Positions 34,485-49,889 of a stretch of 64,000 nt of DNA are shown piece after piece. The notes under the pieces were generated by a model that saw only the letters and a program-made list of their open reading frames with translations, was not told where the DNA came from and did not search any database. Each line of letters begins with the position of its first letter. Within the stretch, counting starts at the first letter, position 1. Origin of the DNA: the human T2T-CHM13v2.0 reference genome, Homo sapiens; assembly GCF_009914755.1 (NCBI RefSeq), contig NC_060929.1, one strand, 5' to 3'. Position numbers and translations under genes: made by a program.

Positions 34485-35330
34485 TAAATTAGTTAAGGCA
34501 ATGCTAGCTGCCGTAACAAACCAAACCTGGAATGTTTAACATAATAAAAGTTCCTTTTTTGTTCAAATTAACAGTTACACGTTCCTGGGAAGTGGATGGT
34601 TTCCTCCTCACAATCATGAAGGAACTGTTTCAGTTACCTACTGCTGCCTAAAAACCAGCCCAAAACATATTGGCTTAGAACTAAAATTTATTTCCTATTT
34701 ATCACAACTCTCATAGGGCATCAGCTAGGGCACTGGGATGGCAGAAGATCCAATGGCCTCACTCCTACAGTGGGACAGTCTGTAGTGGCTGCAGGTGGAA
34801 GAAACAGCTGGTCTTGTCAGCCAGAGCCTCAGTTCTCTTCAATGGAGCTGCTGGGGTCTCTTCACCTCAGAGTAGTCTCCAGGTCGTTGTATTTCTTACA
34901 TGGTGACTAGCTTCTAAGAGTGCCAAAGTGGAACCTGCCAGCCTTCTTAAGGCTGAGCACAGTGTTATGCATTCTCCTGGTTAAAGCAAGTTATAGGGCC
35001 AGCCCAGATTCAAACAGGCTACACAAGGATGTAAATACTGGGAAGTGTGGTCCACCAGGGCCACCAAGTTCCTTTTATCCTGTGGCTTCCTCATCCCTTA
35101 CATCTTCAAAGTCCTCTGTATAGATGAGGAAAAGGAATGCATCTTAACCACTTTGACGCAAAGTCACAGGCATCATCTTTTTCATTATTTTGTAAAGAAC
35201 TAGTCACACAGCCCCATGTAGTTGTAACAGTGACTGGAAAATAGAATCCCTGACTGGGCAGCTCTGGCCAATGACTAGAATATAGAAAATGAACCACAAA
35301 TATTTTATGGACAGCTAGCAGCCTCAGCTA
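34485..35330 (-). mobile_element. Old MLT1 (ERVL-MaLR) LTRs, one apparently nested in another (~34626-35070)
   Basis: Two MLT1-type ends (GCTAGCTGCCGTAACAAAC; TCAGTTACCTACTGCTGC...GGCTTAGAAC). Confidence 0.6.
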
Positions 35331-37572
35331 ACTTTCCTCTTATCTCTCAGCAGATCAACATTTCCTTGTTAACTCTCAGGTCATCAGTGGTCACATCTCA
35401 GGAGACACTACCTTTTGCCAGAATACTCCCTCCAGTAATGTTTGGTTACTTTAGGCTGTTTTCAGTGTCATTTCCTCATACCAATATTCACAAATACACT
35501 CACTTTATACAACAGTTTTGACTGATCTCATCCACGCTGTAAAATTACTTTAAGTATTCTGGGGCCCACATAAATATCCATACCTCTTCCATGTGCTCCA
35601 ACTTACATTTCTATGTTATGTCTACTTACATATGCCTTAGGGACACATATGCCCATGTCAAAATTGAACTAAAGTATTATCAAACTACTCCTCTTCTTCT
35701 ATTCCCAATCTTAATTAACAGCCTCCCACCAATACCTAAGCACCCAAGCCAAAGCCATTCAGATTCATCACTAGTTCCTCCACTCCCCGCCTACACACTA
35801 TGGAGTTACCACACTCTGTCCACCTGAAACTCTCCCTCAGATGTTCCCTTCTCCACTCCTACTGGTGCTTTCCTAGTTCTGGTCCTTCATTCACCTGAAC
35901 TACTAAAACAGCTCTTTTAATTGACTTCCCTGACTTTAAAATACAATTTTCCAAGTGCTCCAAACAGTATGTCCCTAAAATATTTAATCATGTTACTTCT
36001 ACATAAAATTATTTGATAGCTTCCTGGCCAATAAAATGCCACACTTCTTTGTAGGACAATTAAGATCCTTTGCAATGGGACCTCCATCTTCACTTCTCCT
36101 ACTTGTTAGTCCCACCACCTTATTCAGGATGTAGTTCCAAATATGCCCTAAACTTTCATGACTCTCTGCCTTCTGCATATATTTATATTCCATTCATGTT
36201 TACCAAGAATGTTCTTTCCCTTCCCCCTTCTCTTACTGACAAACTACTTACCCTTCAAAACTACTTTTAAATATCACTTTCCCAGTCACACCTCCCTCCA
36301 GGCAAAGTTAACTACTTGCTTTCAAAGACTGCCATTGTTGATACCTCAAATATATTACTTACAAAACTGAATTTTGATTATCTAATAATACAGCTTATCG
36401 ACTATGATGTTGTGGGTTTTACTGTCTCATCCACTAGATTTTTGGTGCTTTGAGAACTGAACCCATGACAAATCATCTTTGTGTTTCCACTAAAGTCAAC
36501 TCTATCTCTCGAATAAACAGAACCCTTATTGGCAAACAAGTGGTTTTTCAGATAGCTAGAACTTCACCTCAACAAAGCAGCCATCTCGTTTCCCAATGAT
36601 ACATTTCAGGTAGCCACAGAGTAGTACGGGACTCTCACATGCCTTTGCACATTTCCCAAAGACAAGAATCACACCTAGACAGACTCAAGTCCTTAAAATA
36701 TAATCACACTCTCCCAACAAAAAATTCAGCTGGGTTTCACTTTTAGCTATACTATCAATCCTTATAATTTTACATCACAATGTTTGTTATTCCTTAAAAT
36801 AACCTTAAAAGGCCCAGAAATCTGAATTTTAGTGAACAGGAAGTGAGTAATCTGTCCAAAAAAGTAGGGAAGATCATGGATATAGCCCCTAGTAAAAGGT
36901 CTGGAAGCCACAAGGAAAGCTGACGAGTAAATGTGGACAAGAAAAAATGCTTCCATTACAAATCACCTCAAATGAAGATTACAAAAACCAGAAATACACT
37001 TCCTGGTATTGGTCATAAATCCCTTCAGTAGTGGGCTAAACTGACTTATAGTAGTTGTTGACTAGATTGTTCTTCCCCAAAATATTAAGTCTTCAAATTG
37101 GATCAAGGCAATTGACAGTTGAAGCCAAATAACAATGAGTACTTCAAAAATAGCGACTAATGATAGTGACCTCAATTGTGTTCTCTGAGCTTATCTACAC
37201 TAAAATACGGTATGCTATTTACACAAATTTGCATCTTTATATACTTCTTGATATAGGCCAAAAGTCACAAAACTTCCACTGAATTAACCAGTGATTTGTT
37301 TTGTATTATTTTAGTAACTGTATGAGACTTTTTCATTAATCTTCTAATTAGCACAGCCCTTTAACAGATAGTCCTTATCATTCCAGGCTGAGAAGGATTT
37401 ATAAAGTTCAGCTAGTTTTGTGGTAGATAGTGATTACACTTTGGACATGGCCTCATTTTTTTAAATGTATACTTCTTGTTTTTAATCAAAGTCATCCATA
37501 ACATTGTTTAGAATACAATAGTCATATAAGACTTAAGAAAAAAAAAAAGCAGCTCTGTGACCACTTTCCTGA

Positions 37573-37619
37573 TACACACACATACACACACACACACACA
37601 TACACACACACAAACACAC
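37573..37619. repeat. Imperfect (CA)n microsatellite
   Basis: Direct reading. Confidence 0.9.
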
Positions 37620-38159
37620 TTTCTACACCCCAAAAGCAACCATTTTGAAGTCATTTAGCTGATATTTTCGGTATTTACTTCTACTTCTCTAAGTAACTTA
37701 CTATACCTCTTGATTTCTATTTCTTCATTTTTCCATTTTAGGCATAGATAGCTAGAACTTGGAAGGTGAGAATTTAGCTCTTAAATACATTCACACACCC
37801 CAATCTCAACTCCAACATAAACACACTTCCCATACAAAAAACCCCAACACCCCTAAATAGTAATTTGTGATTTGTTAGATCAATTTTCAGTATTTACATT
37901 ATGACTATATAAATGCTTTTGACAACTGAGCCATATAGTGTACCATGAATGTTTATTTTTATCTTTATTCTTACACTTTTTGATTTCCCTTAATAATATT
38001 TATTACTATCTCTCTCATCCTCCAAAGTCTCCAGTAACTATGTAAATCTTATCCCAATAAATTCAAATACATCAGGTATTCTATGAACTCTATCTTCTTA
38101 AATCAACGTCCCAGAGCTTTGTGATCTGCTCCAATCTAGATCAGTCAATCTTTAGAAAA

Positions 38160-38350
38160 AGAAATGTCCAAAAGATCATTCTGCAATGATGGAAAAGTTC
38201 TGTATCTACTCTGTCCAATGCAGTAGCCACTAGTCACATGTGGCCATTGAGCTCTTAAAATGTGGCCAGCATGACTGAGAAACTGAATTTTAAAATTTAA
38301 CTTCAACAGCCACATAAAGCTAGTGGTTTTAACAAAGAGCAGCTCCACAA
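38160..38350. mobile_element. MER3-like hAT MITE
   Basis: TTCTGCAATGATGGAAAAGTTCTG...TAGCCACTAGTCACATGTGGC. Confidence 0.8.
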
Positions 38351-39499
38351 CTGACATAGCTGTGATGTTGGATCTCCTTTCTTTTCTCTCTTAGTTTCCT
38401 AATCCCATCTTTCCTTCTTGATTTTCTTTATCTTAGGAGAGCACAAACTCTACTCACTTCCAGAAAAGGGGTATATAAAAGGTAAATTGTTTTAAGACTG
38501 ACAGTCTAGAAATTTCCTTCTTTCACTCTCACTCTTTATTAATTTGACGGGGCACAGAACACACTGGAAATCACTTTACCCTTGGTATCTTAAAGGCATT
38601 ATTCCACTTCTAGTATTCATGTTGCTGTTGAGAACTCTAGTAACGTTTTGATTCTTGATCTTTTGTCTAAATCATTCTCTCACTTTATGGAGGCTTTCAA
38701 AATCTTTTCTCTATTCCAGATGCTCTGAAATTTCACAATAATCTTGGTATGAGTGTATCTTAATTCATTGTGATGGATGCTCAATGGGCCCTTTTAATCT
38801 GGAAATGTGTGTTCTACAGTTCTGAGAAATGTTAGTGAATTATTTTATTGGTGATTTTTTCTCCTCCAATTTGTTCTCTCCTCCTGAAACATGTATTATT
38901 TAAATAATCCCTCTAATTTTATCATCTCTTCCTATTTACCATCATTTAGGTTTGTTTTTTGTTGTTTCTGCACTCCTTTCTGATCAACCTCCTCCAACTC
39001 TATTGGATTTGTTTTAGTTTCTAAGAGCTCTGTGAACATTCTTGTTCTTATTTCATAAATGCAATGACTAACTTTTCCAAAAATTTTAAGGGCCACATTT
39101 TTTGCATTGTCTTCTCCTCCAAATCTCTTTTACTCTCTTTTGCTTTAATCACCATTTTTCACATCAGTGGCCTTCCTTACCTATGACTATCTGTTCATAA
39201 TTAAGAATGAGATATTAAAAAGCTAATTAGAAGCTCTGTGTGTATGGTGGGGCTTGCTGGCAATGGACCTCACAGCAGGATGATATGGCTGGAGCCTTTC
39301 CTAGGGGAACCATTTATATTGGTATTTTTAGTTTCTTTTTTCTTTTGGCCTAGTCAAACTCCTCAAAGGAGACATTTTTGCTCATGTAGCCATAAAATAA
39401 TTTTGAAATACCATATATTCACACATCCTTGTGATATCTAAAAACTTTCATCTAAGTTTCAATCAATAATTACAGAAGATGTTATTTCTGACATATTGT

Positions 39500-40200
39500 T
39501 GACTTTTAAAAAACTATTTTAAAAACAACTGTAGACTTATAGAAAAGTCACAAAAACATTACAAAGAGCTCCCATATACCCTTCACCCTAATGTTAACAT
39601 CCTATATAGCCAAAATACTATTATCAAAACCAGGAAATTAACATTGCTATAATACTGTTAGCTAAACTACAGACTTTATTCAAATTTCACACATTATTCC
39701 ACTAATGTTCTTTTCTGTTTCAGAATCCAATCCAGAATTCCTTCCTGCATTTAGTTTAATATATCCCTAAACTCTGGTCTTCGATAATTCCTCCATCTCC
39801 CCTTGTCACTCATAACCTTGACACTATGGCTGATTGTCAGTTACTTTATAGAATAACTCTCCTAATTTGGCTTTGTCTAATGGTTTCTCATGAATGAACT
39901 GAGATCATAAATTTTGGGCAAAAATGCTACAGAATGATACTGTGCCCTTCTCAGTACATCATATATCATGGGATACATGATGTTGATATGTCTTATTACT
40001 AGTGATGTTAACCATAATCTGTTGGTTAACATGGTACCTGCCAGGTTTCTCTGTGTAAATTTACCATTTTTCCCTTTGCAGTTAATAAATAACATTGACT
40101 TAAAGAAAAACAAAACTATTACACCCTTCTTTTATATGTATCAAATGGACTCTAGAAACTATAATCAATCTGATAACTGTTACCATCCATTGAACAAACT
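39500..40200 (-). mobile_element. L1MC-type 3' end
   Basis: ACAAAGAGCTCCCATATACCCTTCACC...TTACTAGTGATGTTAACC. Confidence 0.7.
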
Positions 40201-40540
40201 ATTCCTTAACAGTTTTACACTGCTCCTTCTTCTCCTTGCACTAATATTTCTATGATATTTATTCCACAGAATGTTATCCTGATGTAATATTTTTATGCAT
40301 GGAAGTTTACTGATTATCCAATCATTTTTCTCTACAAGAATATATTTGTATATAAATTCTAAAAATATCTTGTGATCCTAATGTTCTAAGTATTGATCCA
40401 AAAGAAATTTGGAATTATTATAATTATTATATTAGTATACAACAAATCAAAACACATATATCGGGAAAACTAATTACTAAGCAAAATAAAACCAAATATT
40501 ATTTTAAATACAACTGTTAATGAAATAGATGGAGCTTATC

Positions 40541-40836
<296 letters not shown>

Positions 40837-42420
40837 TGGAGTGTATCATTTTTTAATTAGTTTATGAGTTCATGAATTACTTACTACCAGAATGAGACAA
40901 AGTTCAGCATTAATCCTATTCCTATTTTTTATTTTTATAGATATAAGTGCTTAAGAACCTTGTTCAAATAAGAAGGAACCAGAAAACCCTTCGTTATAGC
41001 AATGTAAGTGTCCTTAGTTATGTGCCACATATCACACAGTGATCTATTATAAAAAATTATCTTTAATAATCTGGCATTATTAAACACAACTCAAATCCTC
41101 TTTCATTTTTGTTGAAAACAAATAGAAACCACCTGACTTACAAAAGAATATCATCTAATTATATCCAGTCACTTTTACACTACTACAAAACTATTTAGAG
41201 GCCTCTCCCTGCCTTCTTTTTTCTTTTTTTAAAGTGGGACTTCCAGACCTTTTTACAACTCCAGATTAGCAAGATAAAGGTTAGATGAAAGATATACCTT
41301 CATTTTGTAAAATGGGAGAAGGAAGATAATTTATTCCCTAACACAAATGTTGCCACCATACCTGAAAGTCTTCATGTGCCCCCAGGAGCAGGTCTTTTCC
41401 CAGAGCAAGGCTGGGGTAACTGTCCAGCTGTGCTGCATTAGGGAAGGAACTTTCAGCCAATCCTTTTCTAAGGCTCCACCTCCCAGAAGTAGCTAGTGTT
41501 ATAATGACTGAACTTTTTAAAGGTTCTAAAATATAAATGTGGTGCTTCCTGCCTTGGGCAATGGCATCTTAGGATTCAGTTACTATATAATCTACCCTTT
41601 TCCCAGATTATAAAGTTTTGTTGCTGTTACACTCTCCTCTTACTCACTTCGTCATGTGGGATTTATGCTGTTTAAAAATGTCTTTGGTGTCATTCTGGTG
41701 GTGTTTGCAAGAGAGAGTAGAGGCTGAGGCACGTGTTCAACCCACCCTCTTTAACCAAAGCATTAGCACTATAGCCACACCCTGCCTACCACTAGCAATA
41801 TAAACTCCTCAACATGCCATCCAAATTTTCACTATAAAATTCTGAGAAAAGTTTGCAAGAGTACATGTATGACTTATACAGACTTTGAATACAAAGTTCT
41901 ACGCCTGAGGTCAATGAATTTTGAACGGTGTCCTGAATAAACTAAAAATATTACATAACTTAGTATAGCAATTATTGTAAAACTCAGTATAGAACAATTT
42001 TTTCTTCTTTTACGCTCCCTTCTGTGTCATAAAAAGGCTTTCTCTGCAGTTTTCATCCTTTTATAAACTATTTTTGCAGGTAAGTTTTTGTTACACATGA
42101 AGTACTCAAACGGAACGACTATAAAATATCTGATTTTGCAACCATGAACATTTTCTATTATCTTTCATCAAGTGCTTTCCTTTAAGTCTTTAGTGCCATG
42201 CCATAAGATAAAGGTATTTGTGGATTTAGCATCTATGGTTTCTTGTGAATGCAAGTCACCACGCAGGTCCAAGATAGGCAATAATTTGTCATTTTCCTAT
42301 GACACAGATCTAATCTCTATTTGTTGCTAAGCCCGTGTTTTATGAATTAAGTTATATAAACACAGGTACAAAGAAAAGTAATAGCAAGATTTCCTTCCTT
42401 AAATAGAAAACTAAAATACT

Positions 42421-42856
<436 letters not shown>

Positions 42857-44338
42857 AAATATGGGGAATAAAATACAGATCACTTAATGATTTATTCCCT
42901 AAGGTGGTAGCATTTTGAATGTTCTACCAAAAGTAATTACTGTATCAACTTTGTTAATCTAATGGTCATTAGGAAAAAGTAAACAGCACAATATTAGAAA
43001 AATTAAATAATTCCATTTACCTAGATAAGAATCCCCCTCACACAACAACATAAAAAGAGAGGAAAGAGAAGCCCTTGATGATGGGGAACTTGCAACTTGA
43101 CTTAAGATTACAGATTACTATAAAACTACCTATAATATAGGAAAAGAAAGAAGTAAACTATAACTCTTCAATGTCGAACATGATGTGCTCAATAAATACC
43201 TTTTATTACTAGTCATGATCTGTTGCTACAAGCCTAAAAAACTGACAAGGATAATGAAAACCAAACTTGATAAGTAGAGGGACTGTTAACTATGGATCCT
43301 GTGAAGATGTGCTCTAATCCCACTAAGCAATAATGACAACTACAGAAAAAAATACTAACTATCCCAGTGGATTGTGGGGAAGGTGCCAATAGACACAGGA
43401 GATTATGAGAAATACAATGCAACGGGTGTTTACTATTAGGAACTATCATTAAATAATTCCTAGCCTTAGAAATGTTATTCAAAAAAACTGCATATATCCC
43501 AGTTCACTATAGATCATGTACCTGTCACCATGACTATACATCACATATCTATTTTTTTTTAAACAGGGAATACATAATTTTTACAGTCTGTATTTAAGGA
43601 ATAACAAGATAATGCCCAAACTTGAAACTATAATGTCTGAAAATTAACCTACTAAGAATAAATCATAAAAGCATTTGACCCAAAATATTGATATATAAAT
43701 GAGTAGCTGAAGAGTTTTGCATTTTCATAATTTCGCCTATTGAGAAATAATCTTTATTCCTATATAGCATAATGTCTCAGGGTCATACACTGGGGCTTTG
43801 ATGACAAAACACTACCTGCATTTACTCTTATTGAATCTTCTCTTCTCAAGACTCCAAGAAATAAATCTTCCTTTACTATCTATCATAGTCTTTCAACTTA
43901 ACAACCTTTCTCTTAAATTCAACTTTTCTTTTGAAAGCCAGACCTGAGACCAAGGATTTCTGCCCACAGACAGTCCCCACTTCTAACCACAGAATTCAGA
44001 AAACTTTAGAGCCAAAAGAAGTCTCAATGATCATCTGTGGTCAAGCCTAATTCCCTTATTTAAAGGAGAAAAGTAAAAGCCAAAAAAAGACTGCTACACA
44101 ACTTACAAGTTAATAGCAATACTATAACAAAACCCAAAATCTCTTTGATACTAATGTTTGATTTTGTCTTACGATAATTTCTGAGTTGTACAGTAGACTA
44201 AATAGCGAAGTTTCTAAAGAATAGATTGACTTGTCTGAAAAAGCTGTCCCAATTATTTCATTAATAATTTCTTCAAACTCAAACTCATCAGCAGTCTTGA
44301 GGTATGCAAATGAAAAAGAATAGAGAGTAACTAAGGTA

Positions 44339-44575
44339 CAGATTGAATAACCCTTACCCAAAATGCTGAGAACCAGAAGTGACTGGATTTCAGATTTTGG
44401 GGGGAATGTTGGAATATTTGCATTTTCCTTTCTTGTTGGGCAACCCTAATCCAAACATCCAAAATCTGAAATGCCCCAACAAGCATTTCCTTTGAGGGTC
44501 TTGTTGGCGCTCAGAATGTTTCAAATTTTGGAGCATTTTGGATTTCAAATTTTCAGATTAGAGATATTCAATCTG
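44339..44575. mobile_element. MER46/Tigger4a-type MITE
   Basis: TA|CAGATTGAATA...TATTCAATCTG inverted ends; ATCCAAAATCTGAAATGC internal motif. Confidence 0.82.
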
Positions 44576-47296
44576 TGTATTTTCAAATTTCTTATGAATC
44601 CTTTCACTGTCCTCGACTTGTGAGGAGTGTGGTATACGTCAAGTTATAAATCATTTTGCTTTGTTCTGCTTCCTCCCTAGAGCTTAAGCACAGATTTGAA
44701 CCAGCCATCATAACTAAAAACATTATGAGACACGGACAGATCTCAAGAATTAACCATGACTTGAAATCAGTAACAATACCTTCAATCTCACTCAATGTTC
44801 TTTTTCAAAAATATTTGATGAAAGAATCAATTACGTTAAGTAAACAACTGTTGGTCAAGGAAGTAAAAACTTATTTTACCAATAAATTAAGATAAATTCA
44901 GGAACCACAAGCAACTATTTTCTGAAGCTTTCCTTCAACTGCAAAATAAACACTAATTTAAAAATTTTTTTTACTTCATTTGAAAGACTAGGTTTGAAAC
45001 ATTTGGTGCTTTTGCAGAATTGTTTGAAAATATAAAACATCATATAAATAATGAGAAAAAATGAAACACACCTTAAAGAAATGAGCTCACTACATTAAAA
45101 TAACAGTAGAAAAAAACAACCAAAAAAACACAAATATCTTTATAAGAAAACTATCTACCTAACCCAAAAAACAAACAAACTGTAAGTCTCTCACAGTGAT
45201 CTATTTCAGGCAAAGAAGAATTTACATAGTTTCTTGAATTTCATTGTACTGTAAGAGAATTTGACCTCATAAACAAAGTCTCCTTTTTCTATCAAGGCTA
45301 TTCTATGTCCTAATAGCCCCATAAACTTATTTGCTATTTTAAAAATCATAAATAATAAATGATTTCACAAGACTTTCACTCAACTACAAATCTTCTTAAT
45401 AAAGATTTTATCTTTTTGCTACTAGTGTAGAAAAAAATATTACATATATATCAGTATATATATGAAATATGTTTATATAAATACATACGTTGTATGTTTA
45501 TATACTTTATATATATAAATATAACATTTATTTATATATATATACACACACATATCAGAAATACTTCCATCACAAGGTGTTTAGTATTTGTTCTGGACAA
45601 TTTCTCTAAAATATTTAAATTATGTTTAGGTTTCCTTTGTAGAAAAAACACTTCCAGCCTGAATTAAATGGCTACTGATTCAAAGGCTAGTATAAGCCCA
45701 CTTAACTCCATTGTTATCTGGTACAACGGGGAAAGAACTAAAATAGTAAAGATGTAAGACAATTAGAGATATATGGAAGGGACTAAAAGTGGCAGATACA
45801 GTAGCACCTGGAAACTCAATGCTATAAAATAGTTAACTACCAGAACAAGCAGAAATAGAGGCTAGGTGCCAGAGAAGGAGCCTCAACATGCATAATAAGA
45901 AGAGCACACTCCTGCAGTTAAATACTGATCAGAAACACTAAATAGGAAGGCTGTGCCTTTGTGTGTCTTTCATAGAAAGAAGCCCTCAATACAAAAGTAT
46001 AAACTAGTTGTGCTCCAAATGTCTATCAGGTAGGAAACTCCCCTGGAGCCAGTATTAGAAACAAAAAGCCTCCAATTCCCACAGGAATTGCCTTATATAA
46101 AATAAATCACAAAGCAATTAATTCACACCCCAACTGCAAACATTAAAACATTTAAAAACAACAAAGTGATGTCTTCTCTGCAATGCACACTAAATTTCCA
46201 TTGAAAACTCTTTCTCCTCATGTATAATCAGTATTTTTCTGAAGTTACAAAAGTTACTGGTTCTATTTCAAATTTATACAAGAACAGAGACAATAAAGGG
46301 CACCCAAAGTATTTACCTAAAGAAAAACCATTTTAAACTGCACATCAGTTTTTTATTCTTGGGAAAAAATGACCTTCCTTTTATGGACTATACGCACTAA
46401 TTCTCATCACAAATGTGTACTAATTATGGGATCAAGGTATCAGTCACAACTGTTCATTAGATCAGCAGTGAATTTGGTAGGATCTTTAGACTGGATGTGA
46501 CCAGAAGAACTAAGTTTGGAAAATCTGAAATGGAAATAAAAAGAAACTAAGTGTATTCTCTGTGAAAGGTCTTTTGGTCAAGGTACAAAACAAGGCAGAC
46601 TTTGTTCTTTGATGGTCACAAGGTGTGGATTGTATGTGTACACAGAGTAAGTAGGTTAGAGCTTCCTGGCTCCAGCTGCTCTAGGGAGCTGAATGAATGG
46701 GAGTACAGGTAAAGCAGGTATGAGGTTGCACTATTTTTTAAGGATAGGGTATAGCTGGCTCTTACGATCAGAAACCCAAACTTTAGACTAACAATTTCAA
46801 AGCTGTTTGTATTTACTAAATATATTAAAGCATTTTGTTTTTCTTGGTAATTAGCCAAGTTGCTCTTTCATATGTCAGGCTGAATGAGGTGTGCTATGCA
46901 TAAACAGGCTATGCATTTGGGCCACAGGTAGACTGGGGTTTTAGAAGGAACCTGTAACAGTAACAGCAACAGGAATCAAAGTAAACAACAACTTTTGGAA
47001 ATGTGAGGGCTAGAAGATAGACAAATATGAGGTTCAACGTACAACTGTGTCTCCATATATATGGAGAAATCTTCTTCGGGATCAAATGTTTATTTTTATT
47101 TTGTTTTTTCAAAACACTTTCCCAACAATCCTCACTGTCATAGGATGGTAGAATCAAAGTACTCCCAAGAAATACTAATTAAAATCACCTCAATTTGCAT
47201 GCTAGAGATTAATTTAACAGAGATATTGATACAGTTGGAGGGGTCTAAAATAGAGATTTCCATAATACACAGTTTAAATAACTTTTAAAGACTCAC

Positions 47297-47468
47297 CTGT
47301 AGGCTTAACTGAATAAAACCCAATGGCCTCTCCTTTCTTCCACAGAATCTTAGCATAATCAGTACTGCTATGACACAGGAATGGGATCTCATTTCTCTCC
47401 ATTTCCTGTTTTCTATAAATAATTCGATTCAGAACATACAGAACCACTCTCTCCCCAAGAGTGCTCAC
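47297..47468 (-). CDS. FAM169A: FAM169A coding exon 4 (VSTLGERVVLYVLNRIIYRKQEMERNEIPFLCHSSTDYAKILWKKGEAIGFYSVKPT|G)
   Basis: 172 nt; ctttgtag acceptor, CAG|gtgagt donor; phase 0 to 1. Confidence 0.96.
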
Positions 47469-48193
47469 CTACAAAGAGAGTCAAACACCAGGCACAGCAG
47501 TTATAATATGCATCAATCACAAGATGCTATTTACTTTGCTCCCTGCTCCCATACCTCATACTGGAATTCAAAGCACTTCAAATGCATTCAAAAAAATTTG
47601 CAAAACATTTTATTACCACAGAGATGAGACTAATCATTCACATAGATTACAATCCATTTCCACACACACATATTATGCATAGAATACTGCCTTTCAACAA
47701 AATTCTAAATCGGGCAAAAAACAGGTCCCCAATGTACCAATCCCGAGCATGTCTTTCAGCACTCACCATCTTCTTTCTGCTTCCAGCTGCCCAGATCCAG
47801 GGTCTTACCAACCCTAATCACAGCCCTCACTATAGTAAACTACTTCAACTGCTTTTCAGTCTCCACATTTAAAAAAAAAAAAAAAAAAAGGCAGCTTAGT
47901 GTTATCCCCTGAACACTTTAAGAACAATTACATCATTTGGTGAGGGAAGCCATAATTACACTCTTGGGAAAGAAATGTGTCTCATCTTTTCCTGGTAAAA
48001 TGTTCATTTAATAGCCCTATCTTTGCTGTCAACAAAGACGGGGATACCAAAGAAGTCTAATAAAAACATACTTAGGGCAGTAATAGAACAGAAACAGAGT
48101 CTCACTTCCTACACACAGGGCTACATGGTCACAGGGACCGCACCAACACTCAGAACTTTCTGATATCAAATAGTGAGGTGTTCCTGATACACA

Positions 48194-48500
48194 GGCCAGT
48201 ACGGGGACTCATGCCTGTAATCCCAGCACTTTGGGAAGCTGAGGTGGGTGGATCGCTTGAGCTCAGTTTGAGACCAGCCTGGGCAACATGGCAAAACCCA
48301 CCCGTCTCTACAAAAAATACAAACATTAGCCAGGTATGGCTGAGCACACCTGTAGTCCCAGCTATTCAGGACGCTAAAGGGGGAAGATCACTTGAGCGCA
48401 AGAGGTTGAGGTTGCAGTGAGCTGTGACTGCACCACCGCACTCCAGCCTGGGCGACAGAGTGAGACTGTGTCTCAAAAAAAAAAAAAAAAAAAAAAAAAA
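48194..48500 (+). mobile_element. AluJ SINE
   Basis: GATCGCTTGAGCTCAG J-type sequence; long A-tail. Confidence 0.9.
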
Positions 48501-49523
48501 TCTGTACATAAGCCTATATTCCCCCAGGTCTCTTAAAACAAGTTCAGGCTCTAATTAGTTCAGTGGATAGAGAAAAGATTGACCATATACATATACTACT
48601 CTCAAAAATATCCCTGGCAGGGGATCTCACATAACAAACATAGGAAATAGCAGCCGACTAGCAATAGCTTCCAAGACAACCCATTCCTTCCTTGAACCCA
48701 CAGTTCTGACCAACAACAATTCTTCCTTATTCAGAGCTGAAATCTATTTCTCAAAGACTATATTTTGATATTCTGCAGCCACATAGCCTATAAATATTTG
48801 AAGATAGAGCCATGATGTTCCCCTAAATTTCACAGCAATGTTAAACATGGTTATAAATGAAGGAAAAGGCTAATCTAACACAATTTGGGGTACTCTTGCC
48901 ATTTCAGTGCTCTCTCTTGAAATTGCTCCAGATCCATAACGTCTCTCTTCATGTTCGGGATGTGGATTTCATGAAGATATTTTGAAGGTGCTGCTGAGAC
49001 AATGGGGCTTTTCTATATAAACAAAGTTTTTATTAGCTTTTTTGCTTATCTGGATTTTACTGCTAATTAATTAAAGCCCAATACTTTTTCATACGTACTG
49101 TTGTTTCAGTTTGGTGTTCATGGTGTACAGTTAATTTTTTGAACCTATAGGTATTACATTTCTCCCTATTTAATTTTATTATGTTAGATCTTTCTCTTTG
49201 TTTTTTAATTCTGCCCTTCACAGATTAGCTCCTCCATTCAGCACAGTGACATGCAGAATTGATAAGCATGCCTCTAAGTCACTGACAAAATGAAGGACAC
49301 AATGGACAAAGTCTTGCAGCATACTACTGAGGACCTCCCGTCCATATAATTGAGCATCAGTTTCCAGGTACAGAGAGGTTTATAAAAATAAAGTCAACTT
49401 GCTCCAAGTTAAGTGTTTGTTAAGTACAAAAAGGGTTACACCCTTCTGTAACTTTACCAACCAATTTTTCCTTACTGGCCAGGATTTGACTGGAATAGCA
49501 GTCCCCCTTCACTGATTTCTCTA

Positions 49524-49889
<366 letters not shown>

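Noticed and set aside
37202-37262. Weak resemblance to the reverse-complement U6 snRNA 3' end
   Set aside because: Similarity short and gapped; cannot support a U6 pseudogene without an Infernal/BLAST search
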